From: a phage
Strand: one strand, 5' to 3'
Sequence record: PZ534534.1
Length of the DNA: 64,000 nt
In this document: one piece after another, positions 46,013 through 55,904 of the stretch
Position numbering within the stretch: the stretch's first letter is position 1
Layout: every line of letters starts with the position of its first letter
Made by a program: the position numbers and the translations under genes
The notes under the pieces: model-generated
The model's input: the letters and a program-made list of their open reading frames with translations, nothing else
The model's database searches: none
What the model was told of the DNA's origin: nothing

Positions 46013-46040
46013 AACCGCTCCTGACGGGGCGGTTTTCTTA
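46013..46040 (+). terminator. putative terminator
   Basis: Hairpin AACCGCtcctgacgggGCGGTT followed by TTCTTATCT. Confidence 0.4.
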
Positions 46041-46053
46041 TCTGGAGAACACA

Positions 46054-49000
46054 ATGCTTCCAATCCCTTTGCTAAAACTTGGTCGTCATTTCCTCGATAA
46101 GAGGGGTGGAATTAAGGAACTTGCTGTTCTGTCATACCCAATAGACAACAGTGATGGTACAAGCAACACAGTATCCTATGTAAATAGCTTAGCTATACTT
46201 TTTGATGATGGTCAGCTTAATATTACTGGCTATAATAGGTTCGGAGAGTGTCGGACTGGAGATCTTGATACAATAAACTATCCTAATGAGGCAGCTTGGA
46301 ACGTAGACCATGTTTGGAGAGCTGACCGTGCATTTGTAATCCGCACATTCGATAATAAATTTTTCTATATTGGTTGCACAGCTGGTCTTATCGGATCGGA
46401 GGCAGCAGGTGGAAACGATGTTTGTGTCAGAGAGTGGACACCTTTGCCGGAACAGATCGTAACAGGGTTGCATTTGGACACCCATCCTGAGAGACTTGTT
46501 GAAGTAATGGGTGGCGTAAACAATACCGTGTGGGTAATTGCTGCACCAGAGGCTGATGGTATGCTTCACCTGTACGGCTCTGGCAATAATACTTACGGCT
46601 CTCTTCATGTTGACAAAAGTCAACACGCTACTCCAGTTAAGATCGGTGAAACATCTGAAAGTCCAGAGACAGGTCCTTGGAAAAATCCAAGAATTAATTG
46701 TGAAGTTCATGACAACTCGGTTATTTTTGGTGGTCCTAACGGATTCTGGATTGCAGGTTACGACTTTCTGAGAAATAACAGTAGAAACGACCTTGTTTGG
46801 CCTCCTGTGCAGATTACTCGTAACGATTTGAGGGGCATTCCTGCAGATGAGGAGTGGAAAGGGTTTATGTGTGGTCCTAACGGGGCAGTAATTGCTACAC
46901 AGAGGATGCATAGACCCGATGACCAGCAGCTTGTTAACGTATTTTATGGTCAAAACATTTGGGGAGATGATACATGGCGGGAACTGAATATCACCTACAC
47001 CCATGAGGTAATGATGGCTCGTGGGTACGGCACAAGTGGCATTTTCTTCAATAATGGCACTAAGCAGTATCGTGGGTTCTCTCGCAACTTATGTAATGAT
47101 ATTGGTGCACAATCTGCAAACAATAGTCCTAGGGCCGATTTTATCCACTATCAAGCTCTTGCTACAGCTAAATATGTTGAGCAACGCCTGCCAGTCAGCT
47201 GGACAGAGAGTGTTTATTTCCAAGGCATCCACAGAGAAGGTTTCTTAGGTACCTTTACTGTTGTTAATGGTAAACTTTGGTGGTCAGGTATCCCAAGGGG
47301 AAGTTTTACAGGATCTAATAACCTCTTTGGCGGCAGACTTAACAGCCAAGGGTTCACAGAGATTCCGGAGAATTGGTATAAAAATGTCCCGGTAGACAGT
47401 TGGGGTGTTGAGGATATTTTCGACGTTAACGGTGTTAGCAGCGTTAGCAATATTTACATTGGTGACACGGTCAAGATGAAATTGAAGCCTCAGCCAGAGG
47501 GGGCTACGTTCATTATTGACAAGATTGAACTGGTAAATGCTGCAGGCACGGTTGTTACAGATGCAAATTACCAATTCTCCACCAACTGGAACCACGGAGG
47601 GGCCAATGAAGTTGTTGTCACCCAGTATAACAGAAATGTTAACAGACGTGGCCTGTACTCTGTAAAAATAACCTATCATGACAAGCATGGCACAGGCAGA
47701 ACCCATACGACAAGGACTTTGAACTGGAACACCATAGTTCCTGCGTACCCGTCTGATGGTAAATGGCATACTGTCGGTAGAAACAAACAGTTCCATGTTA
47801 ATGATACTGTATACTTTGGGCTGAATGGGACCCAGCCTGCAGTAGAAGGGGATACATCGTATATGGTCAGACTCCACAGAATGGATGCTGGATCAGTCAC
47901 TTATGATGTGACCCAAGAGATCTACGATCAAAGACGCGCCACGTATGACAATATTGTGAAAACACAAGCCTTGTGGGAGTTCAATCCTAATGGCAAGGGT
48001 GGTAAAATGTTGCAGGTTAATGAGCAGAACGGAACGTCGTTGACTGTTCACGAACACCCAGACCCTTGGCCTGATCCTGGAAAACCTCACCCAGGAGCTC
48101 GTACACTGAAAATTGTCAGCCATGATGCAGGGTATTTCGGAATACGCTGGGAAGCTACAGTAAGATATGTCGACGGGACAACAAACAACATAGGGATTAC
48201 ACTTGGCGGCACTAGTGAAGATAACTCGCTGAAAATTGCCTACACGCCCAGAGGTATCTCTATTGATAATATGGATGTTGTTCGCAATGGTTACGGCGAT
48301 GTGAATGTCAAAGTTACTCTTGGCGAACATCTTGGTGGGGAAAGGATCATCATGTATGCCTTTGATCATGATCCACGCACCAATGGAACTTATGCAAATC
48401 AGGCATGGAGTTACCTGATAAATGCACCTGAGCCGAATACTAAAGAGTTCTACTATGGTATGAAGCGAGATGTGTGCAAGAAAACAGGAACACATGACTG
48501 GATTGCTATCTGCGTTAAAGATGAGCGCACAGCTTGGGATGAGCCTGTTAACAGATGGTTCATAGGTATTCCTACCAGAAGTGATAAGTATGTCGCAGAA
48601 TATATTGTATGCATGGGCGGTACCAACCTAAACATGTGTTGGAACGAAGATGTAAACAAATACTCTGATTATGACTATATGAGGGATTACTCTTGTAATT
48701 TGTGGTTTAACCAAACTACAGGTTACCCTCCAAGACAGGCGAGAGTAAACCCTGCAATCTTCACAGACACGCAGGTTTTCTTGACAAAACAGGCCAACGA
48801 GGTCCAGACCTTCAAGAACAAATACGACCCTAATAAGTGGTTCTATAACTGCTATGGGGCATTTTTCTGGGGACCTGGAGAATTACCTGGTGGTGGCTCT
48901 TGTTTTGAGGCTGCAACTTACGCCAGTGACAGATTTATGGGCCAGGTCAAGAAATACAAGATAATTCCAGGGCCTGAAACTTTAGGCAACGCTGTCGACC

Positions 49001-51681
49001 CCTATATCATCATGAGTGATCTAAGATCGAACATGGATGGAACATCCATATCTATGCAAGTTCCGGTAACAAACGGATACAAGCGTGTTGTGATGATCAT
49101 TAAGTGCGATCTGATAGGTAAGCAAGTTCTTGCAGAGAACGGAACTTCCACCCACCTATTTGAGACTGCTCTGCACTATCAGTTTGCTGATTCACCTTTT
49201 GCAGGGGATAAGAGAATATCTGACACAGACGCTGTGCGATGCAAGAAATTTATGCTAGGTGGTGGGTGGTGGTGGTATGAATTTGACTTAACAGACAAAT
49301 TCACCGACACGTCTAAAGTAGTGACGGGGCTTCGTCTAGACCTTGGCGAAAACATGCACAAAAGTGTTTGTGATGGCACCTACGGTGACCCAACAATCTA
49401 CTTAAAGTATGTCTCTTTTGAGCACCCAGAGGATGTTGTTTATGGTCCAAAACTGAGACTGTTTGGCAATTGGATTGCTAAAGACAGGGTAGGTATGGGC
49501 AAGAAGGTAAGAGGCTTCTTAATAGATGCCGGTACAGAGGACATGCTAGTCAATGCAGTGTGGCCTGAATTACCTGGGACTCAGTGGAACAACTCAGCCA
49601 AATCTATAAACTGGTTCAATATCCACAGGGCTATGTGGACAACCAACTGTTACCTGTGGAAAGAGCTGAATGACGGCGCTTTCGGGTTCACAGGCGGCAG
49701 AAGAATGGCAATCATTTGCTGGACAACGTTGCAAAGATGTTATGACCATGACTACGAGATTGGAGGTAGGGCATGGAAAAATATTAGGGATAGAATCATA
49801 ACCAACTTTGCAGATCCTAACGGTGGTGGAGCGTATGGCTTCGACTGCAGCAGGCTCATCCATTTGAACGGATCCTCTGCCTACAAGAAAGAAGGTTACT
49901 CTGGGTCTATGATAGAATGGGGCCTGGTGAAAGATGCTCGCGTGCTGATGGGTCAACAACTTGCTGCTGCAATAGGTCCTAATGCAGTGCAATCTGTTAA
50001 ACCTGCGTGGTTTGATATCCCATTGTGGTCATCCGGTACACCAGGAACTGCTGCAATCAACCCTACCACGGGGGATCTGGAAATCTCTTGGGAGGACTTG
50101 AAGCAGGTTGGAGGCTGGGATAAAACAGGGTATCAGGTCCAGTGGTGGAGGGCTGATGGATCTTTAGCCGCTGATGAGTTTGTTAAGGACAATTTCTACA
50201 CCATGTCCTCTGCAAAAGCACAGGAATTGTTCGGTCAGGCAACTCCGTCAACGATCACCATGTCTATGTGCTGTAAAGACAACAGGACTGGAGCTTTGGG
50301 GCCAAGGGTTGCTAAAGTTTTCTCAGGTATTAAATGGAATCTACCTGTCCAAAGTATTTCATGGAAGCAAATAGGTGATAACAAGCTGCTGGTTACCCCT
50401 GCCTGTCAGTTCAACGCAACTCTTAACGTTGATCCTGCTGTTGCGGCAAACTCAGCTAAAGCTTCTGACTTCTCTGTGTCTAACACTGCTATGGCAGATG
50501 TGAGGAAGATTGACACGCTGAACGCCAGAATTACCTGTAAAAACACTTATGGCACATTCCAAATCATCAACAACTTCACAGATGCTGATTCTAAGGTAGT
50601 GAGGACAGCAAGCCAGACTCTGAGTTTAGGAACTCTGGCCTATGCGGCACTGATCACCGAACAGTCGGCAACACTCCAAGGAGGCGGTGTAGGCAAGTCC
50701 ATTGCAACACCTGTGTGGAAGCCAAATGAGTGGGTTGTGTTTGATTTGACTGTGGACTTCTCCAGCGATAATAACTGGACATGGGTAAGGAATTGTTTGT
50801 CACAGTTGATGGGCGGTCCAAGCTCCGTTAGTGATAGTCACGACTCTACTGACCCGAGTGTGTTCCAGGTAGGTAAAACTCACCCAGAGACTGGAGAAAC
50901 GTTGCCTGACAGGAAGTATGCGTTGGTTTGCATCTCTTACGGGAAGGCAGATGTCACATTCTCAGGGACACACACTTATAACGGAACTTACAACTTCTCA
51001 AGGAAGTATAGTCTCAAAGCAGGGAACATTATAGACGAGGTCGGTGTGCTGTATAATCCGGGCAACGGCATAGGGATTGTGGGCGGTAAACTGCAGATGC
51101 AGGAACCTTCTATCACCCCTTCCAACGTATCCGGGATTAGAAAGACTTGGGAAAGTAGTAATACCAACATTGCAACAGTGGATGCCACCACAGGGCTGGT
51201 AACATTTAAAGCTACTGGGAATGTCACCATAAAGTTTGTAGTTAGAGATGATGCAGGCCGCAAAACGTCTTCAACATCGTTTACTGTCAGACAGATGGCA
51301 CCTCAGTGGTTTATTTGGGAAGGAAATCCTCTTGACGGGGCTTACCCTAGACCTGCAGGAACGTCCAATATGAGGGTCTTTACCGGTCCGGTCATGAACA
51401 ATCCGACCACAACCACCAACCCTACATTTTTTGGTGCTTACATACCTGAAATTATTGGCCTACCAAGGAACCAGATACAACTGCTTTTCGGAGCAGGTGT
51501 TGATGGTCTAGCCACTTTTGGGTACAGTGACAACATTGATGCAGCCAGAAGCTCGGGTTGGATTGGATTTAAGTTTCAGTGGAACCCTGGTGGTAGAACA
51601 TTAGGTGTTGCAAGCATAGGTGTTATGCTACCTGGTAACCAGCAATACCATCTCGAAGCTTATACAAACTTCCCTAGTTAA
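46054..51681 (+). CDS. giant tail-associated protein (1875 aa) with RCC1-like repeats and Ig-like (Big_2-like) domain
   Basis: N-terminal repeats of GxNxxGxxG type (GYNRFGECRTGD, GSGNNTYGSLH); C-terminal segment NIATVDATTGLVTFKATGNVTIKFVV resembles bacterial Ig-like domain group 2. Confidence 0.55.
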   Translation: MLPIPLLKLGRHFLDKRGGIKELAVLSYPIDNSDGTSNTVSYVNSLAILFDDGQLNITGYNRFGECRTGDLDTINYPNEAAWNVDHVWRADRAFVIRTFDNKFFYIGCTAGLIGSEAAGGNDVCVREWTPLPEQIVTGLHLDTHPERLVEVMGGVNNTVWVIAAPEADGMLHLYGSGNNTYGSLHVDKSQHATPVKIGETSESPETGPWKNPRINCEVHDNSVIFGGPNGFWIAGYDFLRNNSRNDLVWPPVQITRNDLRGIPADEEWKGFMCGPNGAVIATQRMHRPDDQQLVNVFYGQNIWGDDTWRELNITYTHEVMMARGYGTSGIFFNNGTKQYRGFSRNLCNDIGAQSANNSPRADFIHYQALATAKYVEQRLPVSWTESVYFQGIHREGFLGTFTVVNGKLWWSGIPRGSFTGSNNLFGGRLNSQGFTEIPENWYKNVPVDSWGVEDIFDVNGVSSVSNIYIGDTVKMKLKPQPEGATFIIDKIELVNAAGTVVTDANYQFSTNWNHGGANEVVVTQYNRNVNRRGLYSVKITYHDKHGTGRTHTTRTLNWNTIVPAYPSDGKWHTVGRNKQFHVNDTVYFGLNGTQPAVEGDTSYMVRLHRMDAGSVTYDVTQEIYDQRRATYDNIVKTQALWEFNPNGKGGKMLQVNEQNGTSLTVHEHPDPWPDPGKPHPGARTLKIVSHDAGYFGIRWEATVRYVDGTTNNIGITLGGTSEDNSLKIAYTPRGISIDNMDVVRNGYGDVNVKVTLGEHLGGERIIMYAFDHDPRTNGTYANQAWSYLINAPEPNTKEFYYGMKRDVCKKTGTHDWIAICVKDERTAWDEPVNRWFIGIPTRSDKYVAEYIVCMGGTNLNMCWNEDVNKYSDYDYMRDYSCNLWFNQTTGYPPRQARVNPAIFTDTQVFLTKQANEVQTFKNKYDPNKWFYNCYGAFFWGPGELPGGGSCFEAATYASDRFMGQVKKYKIIPGPETLGNAVDPYIIMSDLRSNMDGTSISMQVPVTNGYKRVVMIIKCDLIGKQVLAENGTSTHLFETALHYQFADSPFAGDKRISDTDAVRCKKFMLGGGWWWYEFDLTDKFTDTSKVVTGLRLDLGENMHKSVCDGTYGDPTIYLKYVSFEHPEDVVYGPKLRLFGNWIAKDRVGMGKKVRGFLIDAGTEDMLVNAVWPELPGTQWNNSAKSINWFNIHRAMWTTNCYLWKELNDGAFGFTGGRRMAIICWTTLQRCYDHDYEIGGRAWKNIRDRIITNFADPNGGGAYGFDCSRLIHLNGSSAYKKEGYSGSMIEWGLVKDARVLMGQQLAAAIGPNAVQSVKPAWFDIPLWSSGTPGTAAINPTTGDLEISWEDLKQVGGWDKTGYQVQWWRADGSLAADEFVKDNFYTMSSAKAQELFGQATPSTITMSMCCKDNRTGALGPRVAKVFSGIKWNLPVQSISWKQIGDNKLLVTPACQFNATLNVDPAVAANSAKASDFSVSNTAMADVRKIDTLNARITCKNTYGTFQIINNFTDADSKVVRTASQTLSLGTLAYAALITEQSATLQGGGVGKSIATPVWKPNEWVVFDLTVDFSSDNNWTWVRNCLSQLMGGPSSVSDSHDSTDPSVFQVGKTHPETGETLPDRKYALVCISYGKADVTFSGTHTYNGTYNFSRKYSLKAGNIIDEVGVLYNPGNGIGIVGGKLQMQEPSITPSNVSGIRKTWESSNTNIATVDATTGLVTFKATGNVTIKFVVRDDAGRKTSSTSFTVRQMAPQWFIWEGNPLDGAYPRPAGTSNMRVFTGPVMNNPTTTTNPTFFGAYIPEIIGLPRNQIQLLFGAGVDGLATFGYSDNIDAARSSGWIGFKFQWNPGGRTLGVASIGVMLPGNQQYHLEAYTNFPS

Positions 51682-51691
51682 CAGGAGGCAA

Positions 51692-51726
51692 ATAAAAAGG
51701 GGCCAGACGGCCCCTTTCTTTTTATA
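51692..51726. terminator. bidirectional rho-independent terminator between convergent transcription units
   Basis: Perfect hairpin GGGGCCagacGGCCCC flanked by an A-run upstream and a T-run downstream. Confidence 0.75.
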
Positions 51727-51727
51727 A

Positions 51728-51928
51728 TTAGTAATATTCCCAACACGACCCATCTTCAGACGGCTGGACACGCTTACCTTCATGATCGACATAGGTGTAA
51801 CCACAGCCTTCACAGATAACAGGGGCCGCATAACCTTCCTTCCACTGGTCCTCTGTGATCAGTCCTTTCAGATCTCCGCAGTCACGACCAAACAACTCTT
51901 CAGAACAATCTTTGCAAAAATCAGCCAT
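51728..51928 (-). CDS. small Cys-rich zinc-ribbon protein
   Basis: 66 aa with two CxxC pairs (CKDC...CEGC). Confidence 0.45.
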   Translation of the reverse strand: MADFCKDCSEELFGRDCGDLKGLITEDQWKEGYAAPVICEGCGYTYVDHEGKRVQPSEDGSCWEYY

Positions 51929-51931
51929 TTC

Positions 51932-52378
51932 TCAGTCCTCGCATTTAACAAATTTTTCTACAGATCCACCAAGCACAGCTTGTTGTTTAATGGCACTTTC
52001 TTCATCATAGTGGATAGATTTATGTTCCGTACCTCCAAACTTACCTGTGTGGAAGGTGTGCACCCAAATCTCTTTAGGAAGGGATTTATTCTCTTCCTCC
52101 ACCAACTCCCACATACCCCACAAGTGATCTGCGATATCTCTGATGAAATATCCCTCACCGAGGTTTGTATTCACACTATAAGCTGATTCGTGATCTCCGC
52201 AAATATAACGGAAGGCAGTGTACTCTTTACCTGGTGTGAAGTGAGTGTCCATTAGTATAGCTGTTAAAGAATAAGGGTCTCGAAAGCCTAAGAACTTTAG
52301 TTTAACAATTTCGACATTTACATCCGCAAGATTATCCATGACGATCTCCTCTGTTCGGTTGGTGAGATAATCATACAT
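51932..52378 (-). CDS. hypothetical protein
   Basis: 148-aa ORF contiguous with neighbouring minus-strand genes. Confidence 0.45.
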   Translation of the reverse strand: MYDYLTNRTEEIVMDNLADVNVEIVKLKFLGFRDPYSLTAILMDTHFTPGKEYTAFRYICGDHESAYSVNTNLGEGYFIRDIADHLWGMWELVEEENKSLPKEIWVHTFHTGKFGGTEHKSIHYDEESAIKQQAVLGGSVEKFVKCED

Positions 52379-52503
52379 AGATCTGGTGTTGGTGTCAAGT
52401 TTAATTTTAAGCGATTCTGGGGGGGTATTTTGTTCAGGAGGGTAATCACACAGGGTAGGGCAATTTATGAAGGCACAGGCCTCGTTTGAGGCCTTAAAAT
52501 AGG

Positions 52504-52884
52504 TTATGACGCTTTGACGTAGCGCTCTGACAAAGCTGGGAAGCCAAAAGCAGTACCTATACTACCGTATGCTACCCACCATTGAAGTTCATCGTGACAC
52601 CATTTTCCGATCAGGAAGGTGCTGGGGTAGCGGGTCAGTATTTTGGCATAAGCTTTAGGGTCTGCATCCTCTGGGATAATGATACTTGGAACATCTTTGT
52701 TATGACCACAGCAGCAGTTTAGAGTTTTCAATCCTGCCGCCCATAGACTCATGATAGGCTTAGCCATGCACTTATCAAGGCACACACGTTTTTTGCCGTC
52801 ACGGAGCTTTTTAGGCACATCAACGATAACATTTTGATGCTTGGCACCTTTCACTTTCCAATTATAGGATTTACACTTGCACAT
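52504..52884 (-). CDS. hypothetical Cys-rich protein
   Basis: 126 aa, multiple Cys clusters (CKCK, CCCGHN). Confidence 0.45.
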   Translation of the reverse strand: MCKCKSYNWKVKGAKHQNVIVDVPKKLRDGKKRVCLDKCMAKPIMSLWAAGLKTLNCCCGHNKDVPSIIIPEDADPKAYAKILTRYPSTFLIGKWCHDELQWWVAYGSIGTAFGFPALSERYVKAS

Positions 52885-52914
52885 TTAATCAGTCTCCATC
52901 TAGAAAGCAATACT

Positions 52915-53061
52915 TTACTTAAAATCTTTGTCACCTATTACGATTGCACGAATCCACTCATTGTGATGTTCAATGGCGGTAAGGTGTAACATAATGCAGT
53001 GATTGTCATTACCAAACACGGTGCGGTAAGCTTTAGCAGCACCATGATATAACTTCCACAT
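52915..53061 (-). CDS. small hypothetical ORF (48 aa), not in supplied ORF track
   Basis: Hand-translated from the minus strand in a 197-nt gap between same-strand genes. Confidence 0.25.
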   Translation of the reverse strand: MWKLYHGAAKAYRTVFGNDNHCIMLHLTAIEHHNEWIRAIVIGDKDFK

Positions 53062-53081
53062 CAGGTAATGATATCTTCGCC

Positions 53082-53561
53082 TCATGGCTCTTTCTCCGGT
53101 TCAGGATCTGGGTAATCTTCAATAATAAAGGGCCATCCGTTCCGCTTAGCCTCAGACTTGTACTCAATCTCCTTCATTGCAAACTCTAACTGATTCTTAG
53201 CCGGAATACATGCCGGAGAATCATCAATCCAGATATCTGGGTAGATATCAAACTGCGCCAAGTAGGCTGCCTTCTGCACACCGCCTGTGTAGAACACACC
53301 AACATCGAGCTCCTTGCGCCAATACTCAATGTCTACATTGTCTTGAGTAATGAATCGGAAAGTCACAAGGTAGACTGTCCACCCCTCCTTCTTCAGATCC
53401 CTGATCAGGCGGGAGAAGATGAAAGGGCTCGCATTAAACGTTCCATCAAAGTCGATGGCAATGATGTGTGTGCCGTGGCGAGTCTCGTATGGATTGCTTG
53501 TGGTAAGATTACTGTAGTTAAAAGGAACTTCTTCCCCGCAGTAGCTGTAGTCCATATTCAC
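53082..53561 (-). CDS. HAD-superfamily phosphatase-like protein (putative nucleotidase)
   Basis: Motif IAIDFDGTF matches HAD motif I (DxDGT). Confidence 0.5.
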   Translation of the reverse strand: MNMDYSYCGEEVPFNYSNLTTSNPYETRHGTHIIAIDFDGTFNASPFIFSRLIRDLKKEGWTVYLVTFRFITQDNVDIEYWRKELDVGVFYTGGVQKAAYLAQFDIYPDIWIDDSPACIPAKNQLEFAMKEIEYKSEAKRNGWPFIIEDYPDPEPEKEP

Positions 53562-53833
53562 ACCTTCTCGTTGATAAATTTACGGGCGGTTTGGTGGGTT
53601 GTTTCTGCTGTCTTCAGAATGATATTAATTTTATTGTCAAGATCATTCATCTCTGCAGTTAGTTCAGGAATCTCTCCGGCATGCATAGTGAAATCATACA
53701 TAGACATGCCCAGAATCTCATTGATGCGACGGTTGCATTCTGCAGCACGCTGGTTCATTTTCCAAGCTAACACCAAAGCCTCCTGCGTAGCCTCTAGTGC
53801 AAAATCTAATACGTCGGCCTCTTCTTTCGTCAT
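53558..53833 (-). CDS. hypothetical protein
   Basis: 91-aa ORF, 4-nt overlap with downstream gene. Confidence 0.4.
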   Translation of the reverse strand: MTKEEADVLDFALEATQEALVLAWKMNQRAAECNRRINEILGMSMYDFTMHAGEIPELTAEMNDLDNKINIILKTAETTHQTARKFINEKV

Positions 53834-53892
53834 CTCAGTCTCTCCTGTTGTATTGTTGTTGGTAGGTGCATGAATACCTTATAACTCACCTT

Positions 53893-54423
53893 TTATTCAA
53901 ACTGTAATAGCAAGTCCACTACCGCGCTAGGTCTGTCAACAAATTCCCCAGGTCCACATGCCCACAGAGGGTATCCGTCTACATACCGCCAAATCCAACC
54001 TGCGGTGTGGAGTTCGAGCAGGGCAGTGCCGTCCTTACTGTCAACCACTCTTTCCCACAGTGTCGGGCAGCGAAGCTTGAGGACCGGATCACCTCCCTTA
54101 TACCCGTCCATGTAGATACCCATTGCAAAGTTCAGCATCATCTTTTTGTGCACTGATCTCTTACTGAGGGTGCTCATCACTTCCTCTTTGTGAATGTTTG
54201 TAAGCTTCTCTTTGGCTACCCGCAGATCGTTGCAACCATTGTTCAGCAGATCTTCCAGACACTTGATCCGAAGGTCGTGAATGTCTTTGTCGTGTACCGT
54301 TGGCACAGGGTCGTAGCGGTATAGCACTGTTGATACAAGGTTGCTCGGGTGTGGGTCTGACAGCAACCCATACCCAATGTCTCTGTCAAGCTTTCCTGTG
54401 TTGTAAGCCACATTGACCGCCAT
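53893..54423 (-). CDS. hypothetical protein
   Basis: 176-aa ORF in minus-strand operon. Confidence 0.4.
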   Translation of the reverse strand: MAVNVAYNTGKLDRDIGYGLLSDPHPSNLVSTVLYRYDPVPTVHDKDIHDLRIKCLEDLLNNGCNDLRVAKEKLTNIHKEEVMSTLSKRSVHKKMMLNFAMGIYMDGYKGGDPVLKLRCPTLWERVVDSKDGTALLELHTAGWIWRYVDGYPLWACGPGEFVDRPSAVVDLLLQFE

Positions 54424-54425
54424 GA

Positions 54426-54671
54426 CTATAGCTCCACTAGCAAAGTGCTTTCAAAGTGCCGTTCATGCAGACCGTTGTAAGGGACCACTTCCACAACACC
54501 ATCACGGACATACGGGGCCATCATAGTGGTATAATCTCCAAACGGGTTGGTATTGTCACTAACCACAACCACCTTCTGCCCTTCCTTGGCAGAGTGCCAA
54601 ATAGATCTGCACTTCATCAGGTGTTCTAGAGCTCCAGGTAAAATTTTGTTACGTTCTTTACGGGTCTTCAT
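54426..54671 (-). CDS. hypothetical protein
   Basis: 81-aa ORF. Confidence 0.4.
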   Translation of the reverse strand: MKTRKERNKILPGALEHLMKCRSIWHSAKEGQKVVVVSDNTNPFGDYTTMMAPYVRDGVVEVVPYNGLHERHFESTLLVEL

Positions 54672-55117
54672 AACAGGTATAGCTCCTTATGAAAGTGGTC
54701 TTTTAATTTCTCACTGAGAAACTTCTTGATACCTTCCTCTAAAGTGTTTTCGATGTAGTCCAGCTTAACTGCTTCGATGGACATATCATAGATTGCCAGC
54801 TCTAAGCTGTCAAGTCCCATCATAGCATGAACCATAAGATTTTCATCTTCAGATACATTCAGGGGACTTCCTATAACATCTGTAGGTAGGATAGTTTCCC
54901 AATTATTCTGAGCGGTAGTTCTCCCGCCATCTACTTTACGGCGCAGTTCGAATGTGTTCTTAGTGTAGAACACTTCATAAGAAACGATACGACTGTCACT
55001 CTCATAATAGACGAAGTTCAGGTAGGATCCTAGCCGCAGTCGGCAAACTTCCACCCCAAACCATTGTTTCTTATAAGAATTCAGGCTAATGCTGTCGCAT
55101 TCACGTTTGCTCAACAC
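54668..55117 (-). CDS. hypothetical protein
   Basis: 149-aa ORF. Confidence 0.4.
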   Translation of the reverse strand: MLSKRECDSISLNSYKKQWFGVEVCRLRLGSYLNFVYYESDSRIVSYEVFYTKNTFELRRKVDGGRTTAQNNWETILPTDVIGSPLNVSEDENLMVHAMMGLDSLELAIYDMSIEAVKLDYIENTLEEGIKKFLSEKLKDHFHKELYLL

Positions 55118-55133
55118 GGTTATCTCCTTTTTG

Positions 55134-55367
55134 TTAATCTTCGTAAATCAGGATTTCTGCTTTAGGTTTTCGTGCTTTCAGGTCCAGCTCTATCCAGTGC
55201 ACCATAGCTGTTTCAAGAAAAACAGCCTGTATGCATCCGTCTTCAGCGTGCCCTACCAGCATAACAAGATCTTCACCTTCATCATCTGCATCACGAACAT
55301 ACAAAATCTCTCCAGATTCAAAGTCTTTCACAACCTGATTGCTGGATAATTTACGAATTTTTGCCAT
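55134..55367 (-). CDS. hypothetical acidic small protein
   Basis: 77-aa ORF. Confidence 0.4.
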   Translation of the reverse strand: MAKIRKLSSNQVVKDFESGEILYVRDADDEGEDLVMLVGHAEDGCIQAVFLETAMVHWIELDLKARKPKAEILIYED

Positions 55368-55368
55368 A

Positions 55369-55632
55369 TCAGAAACCCTCTAAAAAGCTCTTGTAGAAAA
55401 TAATCTCAGTATCCACACCAGTCACAATCTTGTCGTTCCTGATTTCATCTGTAAGATAGGTGTCAAAACGCAGCACCTGTGTGGTATTGTCACACATCCA
55501 CTCGGCTGTGACCATGGCAAAAATCTTAGCATCTTCATTATCCGGTGTGAATGTTACCACCTCACCGCATTTAAACTTTTCGATAGGTTGCGTGTTAGCT
55601 TTTGGTTCTGCAATAGTGATTTTTGTAGTCAT
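55369..55632 (-). CDS. hypothetical protein
   Basis: 87-aa ORF. Confidence 0.4.
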   Translation of the reverse strand: MTTKITIAEPKANTQPIEKFKCGEVVTFTPDNEDAKIFAMVTAEWMCDNTTQVLRFDTYLTDEIRNDKIVTGVDTEIIFYKSFLEGF

Positions 55633-55898
55633 TACTCTTCCTTCATAGTTTCACCAAATACTTCGATACGAGCGTCAAGCTCTGTTGCTTTCAGCTCCCC
55701 AACAAAATCTTTCAGTTCTTTCTCGTCAAGATCGTATGCCCACACACAAGATGAGCATGCAGATTTCACGATTAGCAGTGTAGATACACGGCCTGACTCT
55801 GTAATCATGCTCACAATGGTTCCTACAGGGAACGTGTTGATAGCTTTTTTAACTGGGCGTTCAGCTTTAATTACTACCTCTGTTGCCATAAATACCAT
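55632..55898 (-). CDS. hypothetical protein
   Basis: 88-aa ORF; the antisense + strand ORF 55588..55956 is Ser-rich and judged spurious. Confidence 0.4.
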   Translation of the reverse strand: MVFMATEVVIKAERPVKKAINTFPVGTIVSMITESGRVSTLLIVKSACSSCVWAYDLDEKELKDFVGELKATELDARIEVFGETMKEE

Positions 55899-55904
55899 CC
55901 TCTC

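Noticed and set aside
53343-53873. 176-aa + strand ORF in the minus-strand early block
   Set aside because: Antisense to two minus-strand genes, one of which has a HAD motif; the product is hydrophobic low-complexity and lacks an RBS.
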